This document shows positions 1 to 14,109 of a DNA stretch of 64,000 bases, piece after piece. Source of the DNA: Escherichia phage 215Ecol030PP. A program made the translations under genes and the position numbers. Below the pieces are notes generated by a model that was given only the letters and a program-made list of their open reading frames with translations, searched no databases and was not told the origin of the DNA. How positions within the stretch are numbered: the first letter of the stretch is position 1; the number at the start of each line of letters is the position of its first letter. The DNA lies in the sequence record PP328843.1; one strand, written 5' to 3'.

Positions 1-3130
<3,130 letters not shown>

Positions 3131-3158
3131 TATTAAAGCATATTAAAGAGGATTAAAA

Positions 3159-5138
3159 ATGACTTTATTATCTCCGGGCATTGAGCTCAAAGAAACTACG
3201 GTTCAAAGCACCGTGGTTAATAACTCTACTGGTACAGCAGCTTTGGCCGGTAAATTCCAGTGGGGTCCTGCTTTTCAGATTAAACAGGTTACAAATGAAG
3301 TAGATTTAGTTAATACTTTTGGTCAACCAACCGCTGAAACTGCTGACTATTTTATGTCTGCGATGAATTTCTTGCAGTACGGAAATGACTTACGAGTAGT
3401 TCGTGCTGTTGATAGAGATACCGCTAAAAACTCATCTCCGATTGCCGGTAATATTGAATACACAATTTCTACCCCAGGTAGTAACTACGCAGTTGGAGAT
3501 AAAATCACGGTCAAATATGTTTCAGATGCTATTGAAACTGAAGGTAAAATTACTGAAGTAGACGTAGATGGAAAAATTAAGAAAATTAATATTCCTACTG
3601 CAAAAATTATCGCTAAAGCTAAAGAAGTCGGTGAATATCCAGCACTAGGTTCTAACTGGACTGCGGAAATTTCTTCATCTTCCTCTGGTTTAGCTGCAGT
3701 AATAACTCTTGGAAAAATTATTACTGATTCTGGTATTTTATTAGCTGAAATTGAAAATGCTGAAGCTGCTATGACAGAGGTTGGCTTTCAAGCAAATCTC
3801 GAAAAATACGGAATTCCAGGAGTAGTAGCGCTTTATCCAGGCGAATTAGGCGATAAAATTGAAATTGAAATCGTATCTAAAGCTGACTATGCAAAAGGAG
3901 CTTCTGCATTACTCCCAATTTATCCAGGTGGTGGTACTCGTGCATCTACTGCTAAAGCAGTGTTTGGATATGGACCACAAACTGATTCACAGTACGCTAT
4001 TATAGTTCGTCGTAATGATGCTATTGTTCAAAGCGTTGTTCTTTCAACTAAGCGTGGTGAAAAAGATATTTACGATAGTAACATCTATATCGATGACTTT
4101 TTCGCAAAAGGTGGTTCAGAATATATTTTTGCAACTGCACAAAACTGGCCAGAAGGCTTCTCTGGAATTTTAACTCTGTCTGGTGGATTATCATCAAATG
4201 CTGAAGTAACAGCAGGAGATTTGATGGAAGCTTGGGACTTCTTTGCTGACCGTGAATCCGTTGATGTTCAATTGTTTATTGCGGGTTCTTGTGCCGGTGA
4301 ATCTTTAGAAACAGCATCTACTGTCCAAAAACACGTCGTTTCAATTGGGGATGCTCGCCAAGATTGCTTAGTATTGTGCTCTCCTCCGCGTGAAACTGTA
4401 GTTGGAATTCCTGTAACTCGTGCTGTTGATAACTTAGTCAATTGGAGAACCGCAACAGGTTCATACACTGATAATAACTTTAATATCAGTTCAACCTACG
4501 CAGCAATTGATGGTAACTACAAGTATCAGTATGACAAATATAATGATGTGAATCGTTGGGTTCCATTAGCAGCTGATATTGCTGGTTTATGCGCAAGAAC
4601 TGATAACGTATCTCAGACTTGGATGTCTCCAGCTGGTTATAATCGTGGCCAAATTTTGAACGTTATTAAACTGGCTATTGAAACTCGCCAAGCTCAGCGC
4701 GACCGTTTATACCAAGAAGCTATCAACCCGGTAACTGGTACAGGTGGTGATGGTTACGTATTGTATGGTGATAAAACAGCTACTTCTGTTCCTTCTCCGT
4801 TTGATCGTATTAACGTTCGTCGTCTGTTTAATATGTTGAAAACGAATATCGGACGTAGTTCAAAATATCGTTTGTTCGAATTAAACAACGCGTTTACTCG
4901 TTCATCATTCCGCACAGAAACTGCCCAGTACTTACAGGGAATTAAAGCTCTCGGTGGAATTTATGAATATCGTGTAGTTTGCGATACAACAAATAACACT
5001 CCGTCAGTAATTGATAGAAATGAGTTTGTTGCAACATTCTACATCCAACCTGCGCGCAGTATAAATTATATCCAACTTAACTTCGTTGCGACTGCTACTG
5101 GTGCAGATTTCGATGAGTTAACTGGTCTTGCAGGTTAA
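3159..5138 (+). CDS. 18: contractile tail sheath protein gp18
   Basis: 659 aa ORF preceded by TATAAATA late promoter; T4 gp18 size and position. Confidence 0.95.
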   Translation: MTLLSPGIELKETTVQSTVVNNSTGTAALAGKFQWGPAFQIKQVTNEVDLVNTFGQPTAETADYFMSAMNFLQYGNDLRVVRAVDRDTAKNSSPIAGNIEYTISTPGSNYAVGDKITVKYVSDAIETEGKITEVDVDGKIKKINIPTAKIIAKAKEVGEYPALGSNWTAEISSSSSGLAAVITLGKIITDSGILLAEIENAEAAMTEVGFQANLEKYGIPGVVALYPGELGDKIEIEIVSKADYAKGASALLPIYPGGGTRASTAKAVFGYGPQTDSQYAIIVRRNDAIVQSVVLSTKRGEKDIYDSNIYIDDFFAKGGSEYIFATAQNWPEGFSGILTLSGGLSSNAEVTAGDLMEAWDFFADRESVDVQLFIAGSCAGESLETASTVQKHVVSIGDARQDCLVLCSPPRETVVGIPVTRAVDNLVNWRTATGSYTDNNFNISSTYAAIDGNYKYQYDKYNDVNRWVPLAADIAGLCARTDNVSQTWMSPAGYNRGQILNVIKLAIETRQAQRDRLYQEAINPVTGTGGDGYVLYGDKTATSVPSPFDRINVRRLFNMLKTNIGRSSKYRLFELNNAFTRSSFRTETAQYLQGIKALGGIYEYRVVCDTTNNTPSVIDRNEFVATFYIQPARSINYIQLNFVATATGADFDELTGLAG

Positions 5139-5154
5139 TACGGTGCATTCTAAA

Positions 5155-5172
5155 GGCCTGTTTCGGCAGGCC
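5155..5172 (+). terminator. stem-loop after gene 18
   Basis: GGCCTG-TTTCGG-CAGGCC inverted repeat. Confidence 0.4.
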
Positions 5173-5173
5173 A

Positions 5174-5181
5174 TATAAATA
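5174..5181 (+). promoter_or_regulatory. late promoter TATAAATA (first of two) upstream of gene 19
   Basis: Exact TATAAATA right after a hairpin. Confidence 0.5.
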
Positions 5182-5232
5182 CACTATATCCTTAATTCTT
5201 TAATTCTATATGCCCTAGGTTAAACATAGGGA

Positions 5233-5240
5233 TATAAATA
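5233..5240 (+). promoter_or_regulatory. late promoter TATAAATA (second) upstream of gene 19
   Basis: Exact TATAAATA 15 nt upstream of ATG. Confidence 0.55.
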
Positions 5241-5254
5241 CTACAGAGGCTAAT

Positions 5255-5746
5255 ATGTTTGTAGATGATGTAACACGAGCGTTTGAATCTGGTGATTTTG
5301 CTCGACCTAACTTATTCCAAGTAGAAATTTCTTATCTTGGACAAAATTTTACGTTTCAATGTAAAGCCACTGCTTTACCAGCTGGTATTGTAGAAAAAAT
5401 TCCAGTCGGATTTATGAACCGTAAAATTAACGTAGCAGGTGATCGTACATTCGATGACTGGACTGTTACAGTAATGAACGATGAAGCTCATGATGCTCGT
5501 CAGAAGTTCGTTGATTGGCAAAGCATTGCTGCGGGGCAAGGAAACGAAATTACTGGTGGAAAACCTGCAGAGTATAAAAAGAGCGCTATCGTTCGTCAAT
5601 ATGCTCGTGACGCTAAAACAGTAACAAAAGAAATTGAAATTAAAGGTCTGTGGCCTACTAACGTGGGTGAACTTCAATTAGATTGGGATTCAAACAATGA
5701 AATCCAAACATTTGAAGTAACTCTTGCTCTCGATTATTGGGAATAA
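5255..5746 (+). CDS. 19: tail tube protein gp19
   Basis: 163 aa ORF, two TATAAATA motifs upstream. Confidence 0.93.
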   Translation: MFVDDVTRAFESGDFARPNLFQVEISYLGQNFTFQCKATALPAGIVEKIPVGFMNRKINVAGDRTFDDWTVTVMNDEAHDARQKFVDWQSIAAGQGNEITGGKPAEYKKSAIVRQYARDAKTVTKEIEIKGLWPTNVGELQLDWDSNNEIQTFEVTLALDYWE

Positions 5747-5751
5747 AATGA

Positions 5752-5769
5752 ATGGGGAGAAATCCCCAT
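5752..5769 (+). terminator. stem-loop after gene 19 (GAAA tetraloop)
   Basis: TGGGGA-GAAA-TCCCCA. Confidence 0.4.
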
Positions 5770-5778
5770 CCTGCTTAA

Positions 5779-7403
<1,625 letters not shown>

Positions 7404-7404
<1 letters not shown>

Positions 7405-7643
7405 TGGAAGGTTTAATTGAAGCTATTAAATCAAACGACCTCGTAGCCGCTCGTAAATTATTTGCTGAAGCCATGGCTGCAAGAACGACTGATTTAATTA
7501 AAGAAGAAAAAATCGCTATCGCTCGTAATTTCTTAATCGAAGGTGAAGAACCTGATGACGAGGATGATGACGAAGACGAAGATAGTGATGATAAAGACGA
7601 CAAAAAAGACAAAGACTCTGACGAAGACGAGGATGATGAATAA
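7404..7643 (+). CDS. 67: prohead core protein gp67 with poly-acidic C-terminal tail
   Basis: 79 aa, ATGA overlap with gene 20 stop; C-terminus almost entirely D/E. Confidence 0.85.
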
Positions 7644-8068
7644 TGCTTCTGATCCCTGAAACTCATGAATTAGTTCTCGAGAATGTCGAAGCACTTATTC
7701 CTGAAGCACAGGGTCGCTTTGACGAATTGTCTTCTGCTTTAAATAAAGACGATATAAATACAATTGTCGAGAATATGCTTGATGATGAAACTGATTTAGC
7801 GGTTGCATTAGCTTCTATTAATGAAAATATGCCGTTAAATGAATTTATCGTTAAACATGTTTCTGCCCGTGGTGAAATTACTCGCACTAAAGATCGCAAA
7901 ACCCGCGAACGTAATGCATTTCAAACTACCGGGTTGTCTAAAGCAAAACGTAGACAAATTGCTCGTAAAGCTACCAAAACGAAGATTGCCAATCCAGCAG
8001 GTCAATCTCGTGCTCAGCGTAAGCGTAAAAAAGCTCTTAAACGCCGTAAAGCATTAGGATTAAGCTAA
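7643..8068 (+). CDS. 68: prohead core protein gp68
   Basis: 141 aa, basic C-terminus, ATGA overlap with gene 67. Confidence 0.85.
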
Positions 8069-8706
8069 TGAATGAACCCCAATTACTAATTGAAACTTGG
8101 GGTCAACCTGGCGAAATTATTGATGGCGTACCAATGCTTGAATCTCATGATGGAAAAGACTTAGGTTTAAAACCGGGTTTATACATCGAAGGAATATTCA
8201 TGCAAGCGGAAGTCGTCAATAGAAATAAACGTCTTTATCCAAAACGTATATTAGAAAAAGCGGTAAAAGACTATATTAATGAGCAAGTTTTAACTAAACA
8301 AGCTCTCGGAGAATTAAATCATCCTCCACGCGCTAATGTTGACCCGATGCAAGCCGCTATCATTATAGAAGATATGTGGTGGAAAGGAAATGACGTATAC
8401 GGACGAGCTCGTGTTATTGAAGGTGACCATGGTCCTGGAGATAAATTAGCAGCTAATATTCGTGCCGGATGGATTCCAGGAGTTTCTTCTCGTGGATTAG
8501 GTTCATTGACTGACACAAATAAAGGTTATCGTATCGTAAACGAAGGATTCAAATTAACTGTAGGTGTTGATGCAGTATGGGGTCCAAGTGCTCCAGATGC
8601 ATGGGTAACTCCTAAGGAAATTACCGAATCACAGACGGCGGAAGCCGATACAAGTGCCGATGACGCCTATATGGCTCTCGCAGAGGCCATGAAAAAAGCG
8701 TTATAA
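8068..8706 (+). CDS. 21: prohead core protease gp21
   Basis: 212 aa, position between 68 and 22. Confidence 0.93.
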   Translation: MNEPQLLIETWGQPGEIIDGVPMLESHDGKDLGLKPGLYIEGIFMQAEVVNRNKRLYPKRILEKAVKDYINEQVLTKQALGELNHPPRANVDPMQAAIIIEDMWWKGNDVYGRARVIEGDHGPGDKLAANIRAGWIPGVSSRGLGSLTDTNKGYRIVNEGFKLTVGVDAVWGPSAPDAWVTPKEITESQTAEADTSADDAYMALAEAMKKAL

Positions 8707-8709
8707 ATA
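8702..8709 (+). promoter_or_regulatory. late promoter TATAAATA for gene 22
   Basis: Exact motif overlapping gene 21 stop. Confidence 0.55.
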
Positions 8710-8736
8710 TTATTATCTAAACAACAGGACTACAAA

Positions 8737-9546
8737 ATGCTTAAAGAACAACTGATTGCCGAAGCGCAGAAAATTGATGCTTCCGTTGCTCTTGATAGTA
8801 TTTTCGAATCAGTTAATATTTCTCCGGAAGCAAAAGAAACTTTCGGCACTGTATTCGAAGCTACCGTCAAGCAGCACGCCGTTAAATTAGCTGAATCTCA
8901 TATCGCTAAAATTGCTGAAAAAGCAGAAGAAGAAGTAGAAAAAAATAAAGAAGAAGCAGAAGAAAAAGCTGAGAAGAAAATCGCTGAGCAAGCTTCTAAA
9001 TTCCTTGACCATCTTGCAAAAGAATGGCTCACTGAAAATAAATTAGCAGTAGATAAAGGTATCAAAGCCGAACTGTTTGAATCCATGCTTGGTGGATTGA
9101 AAGAGCTCTTTGTTGAACACAACGTTGTTGTTCCAGAAGAATCAGTTGATGTTGTAGCTGAAATGGAAGAAGAGCTGCAAGAACATAAAGAAGAATCAGC
9201 TCGTCTGTTCGAAGAACTCAATAAGCGTGACGCATATATCAATTATGTGCAGCGTGAAGTGGCATTGAGCGAAAGTACTAAAGATCTGACTGAGTCTCAA
9301 AAAGAAAAAGTCTCTGCTCTGGTCGAAGGTATGGATTATTCAGATGCATTCTCAAGTAAATTGAGTGCAATCGTAGAAATGGTGAAGAAATCTAATAAAG
9401 ATGAAAGCACTATTACTGAGAGTATAAATACTCCTGATACTGAAGCAGCCGGACTGAATTTCGTCACTGAAGCTGTAGAAGATAAAGCTGCACCTGGTGC
9501 AGAAGATATTGTAAGTGTATATGCGAAAGTCGCATCTCGTTTCTAA
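8737..9546 (+). CDS. 22: prohead core scaffold protein gp22
   Basis: 269 aa, highly charged coiled-coil-like sequence, late promoter upstream. Confidence 0.93.
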   Translation: MLKEQLIAEAQKIDASVALDSIFESVNISPEAKETFGTVFEATVKQHAVKLAESHIAKIAEKAEEEVEKNKEEAEEKAEKKIAEQASKFLDHLAKEWLTENKLAVDKGIKAELFESMLGGLKELFVEHNVVVPEESVDVVAEMEEELQEHKEESARLFEELNKRDAYINYVQREVALSESTKDLTESQKEKVSALVEGMDYSDAFSSKLSAIVEMVKKSNKDESTITESINTPDTEAAGLNFVTEAVEDKAAPGAEDIVSVYAKVASRF

Positions 9547-9564
9547 TTTTAAAGGTTAACACAA

Positions 9565-11130
9565 ATGACTATCAAAACTAAAGCTGAACTTTTGAACAAA
9601 TGGAAGCCATTACTGGAAGGTGAAGGTTTACCGGAAATTGCTAATAGCAAACAAGCGATTATCGCTAAAATCTTTGAAAACCAGGAAAAAGATTTCCAGA
9701 CAGCTCCGGAATATAAAGACGAAAAAATTGCTCAGGCATTCGGTTCTTTCTTAACAGAAGCTGAAATCGGTGGTGACCACGGTTACAATGCTACCAACAT
9801 CGCTGCAGGTCAGACTTCTGGCGCAGTAACTCAGATTGGCCCAGCTGTTATGGGTATGGTACGTCGTGCTATTCCTAACCTGATTGCTTTCGATATTTGC
9901 GGTGTTCAGCCGATGAACAACCCGACTGGCCAGGTATTCGCAATGCGCGCAGTATATGGTAAAGACCCAATTGCTTCCGGTGCTAAAGAAGCATTCCACC
10001 CAATGTATGGTCCAGATGCAATGTTCTCTGGTCAGGGTGCTGCTAAGAAATTCCCAGCTCTGGCTGCTAGCACACAAACCACAGCAGGTGATATCTATAC
10101 TCACTTCTTCCAGGACACTGGTACTGTGTATCTGCAAGCTTCTGCTCAAGTAACAATTAGTGCAAGCGCAACTGATGCAGATAAATTAGATGCTGAAATT
10201 AAGAAACAAATGGAAGCTGGTGCACTGGTAGAAATCGCTGAAGGTATGGCTACTTCTATCGCTGAACTTCAGGAAGGTTTTAACGGTTCTACCGATAACC
10301 CATGGAATGAAATGGGCTTCCGTATCGATAAACAAGTTATCGAAGCTAAATCTCGTCAGCTGAAAGCTGCTTACTCTATTGAATTAGCACAAGACCTTCG
10401 CGCTGTTCACGGTATGGATGCTGATGCTGAACTGTCTGGTATTCTGGCTACCGAAATCATGCTGGAAATCAACCGCGAAGTTGTTGATTGGATTAACTAC
10501 TCCGCACAGGTTGGTAAATCTGGTATGACCCTGACTCCGGGTTCTAAAGCTGGTGTATTTGACTTCCAGGACCCAATCGATATTCGTGGTGCTCGCTGGG
10601 CAGGTGAATCCTTTAAAGCTCTGTTGTTCCAGATTGACAAAGAAGCAGTTGAAATTGCTCGTCAGACCGGTCGTGGTGAAGGTAACTTCATTATCGCTTC
10701 CCGTAACGTAGTTAACGTTCTGGCTTCAGTTGATACTGGCATTTCTTATGCTGCACAGGGTCTGGCTACCGGCTTTAACACTGATACTACCAAGTCAGTA
10801 TTTGCTGGTGTTCTGGGTGGTAAATACCGTGTATATATCGACCAGTATGCTAAACAGGATTATTTCACTGTAGGTTATAAAGGTCCGAACGAAATGGATG
10901 CTGGTATTTACTATGCTCCATATGTAGCTCTGACTCCGCTGCGTGGTTCCGATCCGAAGAACTTCCAACCGGTAATGGGATTCAAAACTCGTTACGGTAT
11001 CGGTATCAACCCATTTGCAGAATCCGCTGCTCAGGCTCCGGCTTCTCGCATCCAGAGCGGTATGCCTTCTATTCTGAATAGCCTTGGTAAAAACGCTTAC
11101 TTTAGACGTGTATATGTTAAAGGTATCTAA
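9565..11130 (+). CDS. 23: major capsid protein gp23
   Basis: 521 aa, T4 gp23 length; codon usage typical of a highly expressed gene; strong hairpin terminator follows. Confidence 0.97.
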   Translation: MTIKTKAELLNKWKPLLEGEGLPEIANSKQAIIAKIFENQEKDFQTAPEYKDEKIAQAFGSFLTEAEIGGDHGYNATNIAAGQTSGAVTQIGPAVMGMVRRAIPNLIAFDICGVQPMNNPTGQVFAMRAVYGKDPIASGAKEAFHPMYGPDAMFSGQGAAKKFPALAASTQTTAGDIYTHFFQDTGTVYLQASAQVTISASATDADKLDAEIKKQMEAGALVEIAEGMATSIAELQEGFNGSTDNPWNEMGFRIDKQVIEAKSRQLKAAYSIELAQDLRAVHGMDADAELSGILATEIMLEINREVVDWINYSAQVGKSGMTLTPGSKAGVFDFQDPIDIRGARWAGESFKALLFQIDKEAVEIARQTGRGEGNFIIASRNVVNVLASVDTGISYAAQGLATGFNTDTTKSVFAGVLGGKYRVYIDQYAKQDYFTVGYKGPNEMDAGIYYAPYVALTPLRGSDPKNFQPVMGFKTRYGIGINPFAESAAQAPASRIQSGMPSILNSLGKNAYFRRVYVKGI

Positions 11131-11144
11131 TCTTTGACGATTTA

Positions 11145-11175
11145 AGGGACCTTCGGGTCCCTTTAGTTGTTTTTA
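11145..11175 (+). terminator. intrinsic terminator after gene 23 (UUCG tetraloop + U tract)
   Basis: AGGGACC-TTCG-GGTCCCT then TTAGTTGTTTTT. Confidence 0.65.
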
Positions 11176-11178
11176 TGG

Positions 11179-11186
11179 TATAAATA
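11179..11186 (+). promoter_or_regulatory. late promoter TATAAATA for gene 24
   Basis: Exact motif between gene 23 terminator and gene 24. Confidence 0.6.
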
Positions 11187-11213
11187 AATCATATAAACTG
11201 AAAGGAAAGCGCA

Positions 11214-12497
11214 ATGGCTAAAATCAACGAACTTCTGCGCGAATCAACCACAACGAATAGCAACTCAATCGGTCGCCCAAATCTCGTTGCTTTGACTCGC
11301 GCTACCACTAAATTAATATATTCTGACATTGTAGCAACGCAAAGAACTAATCAACCTGTTGCTGCTTTTTATGGTATCAAATACCTTAACCCAGACAATG
11401 AATTTACATTTAAAACTGGTGCTACTTACGCTGGCGAAGCCGGATATGTAGACCGAGAACAAATCACAGAATTAACAGAAGAGTCTAAATTAACTCTCAA
11501 TAAAGGCGATTTATTCAAATATAATAATATCGTTTATAAAGTATTAGAAGATACACCATTTGCTGATATTGAAGAAAGCGATTTAGAATTAGCTCTTCAG
11601 ATTGCAATCGTTCTTTTAAAGGTTCGTCTATTTTCTGATGCTGCAGTAACAAGCAAATTTGAAAACTCTGATAGCGAAATTGCGGATGCTAGATTCCAGA
11701 TTAATAAATGGCAAACCGCAGTTAAATCTCGTAAACTTAAAACTGGCATCACAGTTGAATTAGCACAAGATTTAGAAGCAAACGGATTCGATGCTCCTAA
11801 TTTCTTGGAAGATTTGCTTGCAACTGAAATGGCGGATGAAATCAATAAAGATATTCTGCAGTCTTTGATTACAGTATCAAAACGCTATAAAGTTACAGGA
11901 ATTACTGATACTGGATTCATTGATTTGAGTTATGCATCTGCACCTGAAGCTGGTCGTTCATTATACCGAATGGTATGTGAAATGGTTTCACATATCCAGA
12001 AAGAATCAACTTATACAGCAACGTTCTGTGTTGCTTCAGCTCGTGCCGCTGCGATTCTTGCTGCATCAGGTTGGTTAAAACATAAACCAGAAGATGACAA
12101 ATATCTTTCACAAAATGCCTACGGGTTCTTAGCTAATGGTTTACCGCTTTATTGCGATACCAACAGTCCATTAGATTATGTAATCGTTGGCGTAGTAGAA
12201 AATATTGGTGAAAAAGAAATTGTTGGATCAATTTTCTATGCTCCGTATACAGAAGGTCTTGACTTAGATGACCCTGAACATGTAGGTGCATTTAAAGTTG
12301 TAGTTGATCCAGAAAGTTTGCAGCCATCTATCGGTTTATTAGTTAGATATGCTTTATCTGCAAATCCTTACACTGTAGCAAAAGATGAAAAAGAAGCAAG
12401 AATAATTGATGGTGGAGACATGGATAAAATGGCGGGTCGTTCAGATTTGTCTGTTTTATTAGGTGTTAAGCTACCAAAAATTATTGTTGATGAATAA
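11214..12497 (+). CDS. 24: capsid vertex protein gp24
   Basis: 427 aa, preceded by TATAAATA; gp23 paralog position. Confidence 0.95.
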   Translation: MAKINELLRESTTTNSNSIGRPNLVALTRATTKLIYSDIVATQRTNQPVAAFYGIKYLNPDNEFTFKTGATYAGEAGYVDREQITELTEESKLTLNKGDLFKYNNIVYKVLEDTPFADIEESDLELALQIAIVLLKVRLFSDAAVTSKFENSDSEIADARFQINKWQTAVKSRKLKTGITVELAQDLEANGFDAPNFLEDLLATEMADEINKDILQSLITVSKRYKVTGITDTGFIDLSYASAPEAGRSLYRMVCEMVSHIQKESTYTATFCVASARAAAILAASGWLKHKPEDDKYLSQNAYGFLANGLPLYCDTNSPLDYVIVGVVENIGEKEIVGSIFYAPYTEGLDLDDPEHVGAFKVVVDPESLQPSIGLLVRYALSANPYTVAKDEKEARIIDGGDMDKMAGRSDLSVLLGVKLPKIIVDE

Positions 12498-12500
12498 AAC

Positions 12501-12526
12501 AAAGGGACCTTTCGGTCCCTTTTTAT
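12501..12526. terminator. bidirectional hairpin terminator between convergent genes 24 and rnlB
   Basis: AAAGGGACC-TTTC-GGTCCCTTT flanked by T/A runs. Confidence 0.65.
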
Positions 12527-13531
12527 TTAGCTCACCAATTCAATCCAAGCCGGACGAAGTACATCTTGCACCATTTTAACTAATTCCTTTTTAATCAAAG
12601 AAGGATTATCTGCTTGAGTTAAAGTAATACCTTCACGAGAAGTTTCTTCCAAAATATCTTGAACAGTTAGTCCCATCACCTTTCCAAAATCTTTAGGACC
12701 AATTTCACCAATTTTAGAAATAACGTTATTTACTCGGTTCAGTGTAACGTAACAAGCTAAAATTCCAACCAATTTGTTATCAGCTTCTGACAGTTCAACT
12801 TTAGCTTTAATAGGCTTATCAGACTTTTTCTTTTCACTAAATTTAGAGTTCTTGCATTTGATAGCTACGCGATTGCCATTAGGCATCCAAGAAGGATAAC
12901 AAGGTTTCAATACATATCCTTCAGCGGTAAATACTTCGCCTTTTACTTCAGCATTCCAAACGCATTTATTTGCATCAACTAATCCAGCATGGTCTACCGT
13001 AAAATTATAATCCTGGACGACAGAATCTAAATCATTTGGCAATTTAATAAGTTCTTCAAATTTACCGCGACCTAAAAGTGGAGCCATTTTAAATTTAAAT
13101 GTATTGCAGAATGATTCCATCATATAATCATCGACATAAGTCACATCACCACTTTCTGTAGTAACAATAATGTCAAATACATAAAAATCTTTATCGCCAT
13201 AATCGACATTCTTCTGAATGCCAGGTCCAGCGAATTCGCCAAAAACTTGATAAGATACAACCGCTGAAGTTTCCATAATATCTTGTACTGCTTTAATGGA
13301 ATCAGCGTAATTCTTCAAAATAATTTCATACCCAAAGAAATCTTCAGCAGGAAGAATAGGACCAGTACGTTTAGCACAAGTTGCTTTATCGCGTTCAATA
13401 ATCAGTGAGAAATTTGTGCCATGAATCTTTTCACGAGCTACCCATTCGCCGCCAGTCAATCCTAAACTATAAAGTTTTTCAATGAATTTAGAATTGTAAT
13501 GATTTTCAAGACTGCTATACTTTTTAAACAT
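12527..13531 (-). CDS. rnlB: RNA ligase 2 (Rnl2)
   Basis: 334 aa starting [16 protein letters not shown]; nucleotidyltransferase lysine motif KIHGTN. Confidence 0.93.
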   Translation of the reverse strand: MFKKYSSLENHYNSKFIEKLYSLGLTGGEWVAREKIHGTNFSLIIERDKATCAKRTGPILPAEDFFGYEIILKNYADSIKAVQDIMETSAVVSYQVFGEFAGPGIQKNVDYGDKDFYVFDIIVTTESGDVTYVDDYMMESFCNTFKFKMAPLLGRGKFEELIKLPNDLDSVVQDYNFTVDHAGLVDANKCVWNAEVKGEVFTAEGYVLKPCYPSWMPNGNRVAIKCKNSKFSEKKKSDKPIKAKVELSEADNKLVGILACYVTLNRVNNVISKIGEIGPKDFGKVMGLTVQDILEETSREGITLTQADNPSLIKKELVKMVQDVLRPAWIELVS

Positions 13532-13540
13532 AATTAATCC

Positions 13541-13819
13541 TCAAAATGTAATTTCTAACCAATCACCATCACGCTGGTCACTATTGACTTTAAAGCTAAA
13601 TCCTTCTTTTCTCAGCCAATCACCAATTTCTTCAGTAATCAATTTATCGCGAGCAGTGCAATAATAACTAAAATATGTTTTACCTTGTTCAGCTGCTTTA
13701 TTAGCAAGTTCCGAAAAATCTTTAATAAAACACTCTAGCTTAAACTGTTTGCTTTTAAGTGCTTTTTCGCGTAATTGATTAGCAAAAGATTCATTTTCAT
13801 AAAGATCATACTGTTCCAT
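13541..13819 (-). CDS. hypothetical protein (gene 24.2 position)
   Basis: 92 aa ORF between rnlB and hoc. Confidence 0.6.
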   Translation of the reverse strand: MEQYDLYENESFANQLREKALKSKQFKLECFIKDFSELANKAAEQGKTYFSYYCTARDKLITEEIGDWLRKEGFSFKVNSDQRDGDWLEITF

Positions 13820-14021
13820 TTTTCACCTTCTTATTAATATGTCTTTTTCTATAGACAACTTTTTCTCGAGTCTCAAATTTATTCTTAGCAGTCATAGCTC
13901 GAGCCCATAATACAGCCACTTCTTTCGCCTGTAAGTTCAATTCACGAGCAATTTCAATGAATGACTTTCCAGACTCATGAAGAGTAAACACCACAACCTC
14001 AGTTCTCATAATCAATCTCAT
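13806..14021 (-). CDS. small protein with possible helix-turn-helix (gene 24.3 position)
   Basis: 71 aa; segment SGKSFIEIARELNLQAKEVAVLWARA resembles an HTH. Confidence 0.5.
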   Translation of the reverse strand: MRLIMRTEVVVFTLHESGKSFIEIARELNLQAKEVAVLWARAMTAKNKFETREKVVYRKRHINKKVKNGTV

Positions 14022-14089
14022 GTTATCGAGTTGGTGCCATTATATACATCGTTTTCTGATTGTGGTTTGTGTGCTTTCAAAATGAAGAA

Positions 14090-14105
14090 AGGGGCCGAAG
14101 CCCCT
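14090..14105 (-). terminator. hairpin after hoc (UUCG loop on minus strand)
   Basis: AGGGGC-CGAA-GCCCCT; U-rich on transcribed strand. Confidence 0.5.
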
Positions 14106-14109
14106 GAGA

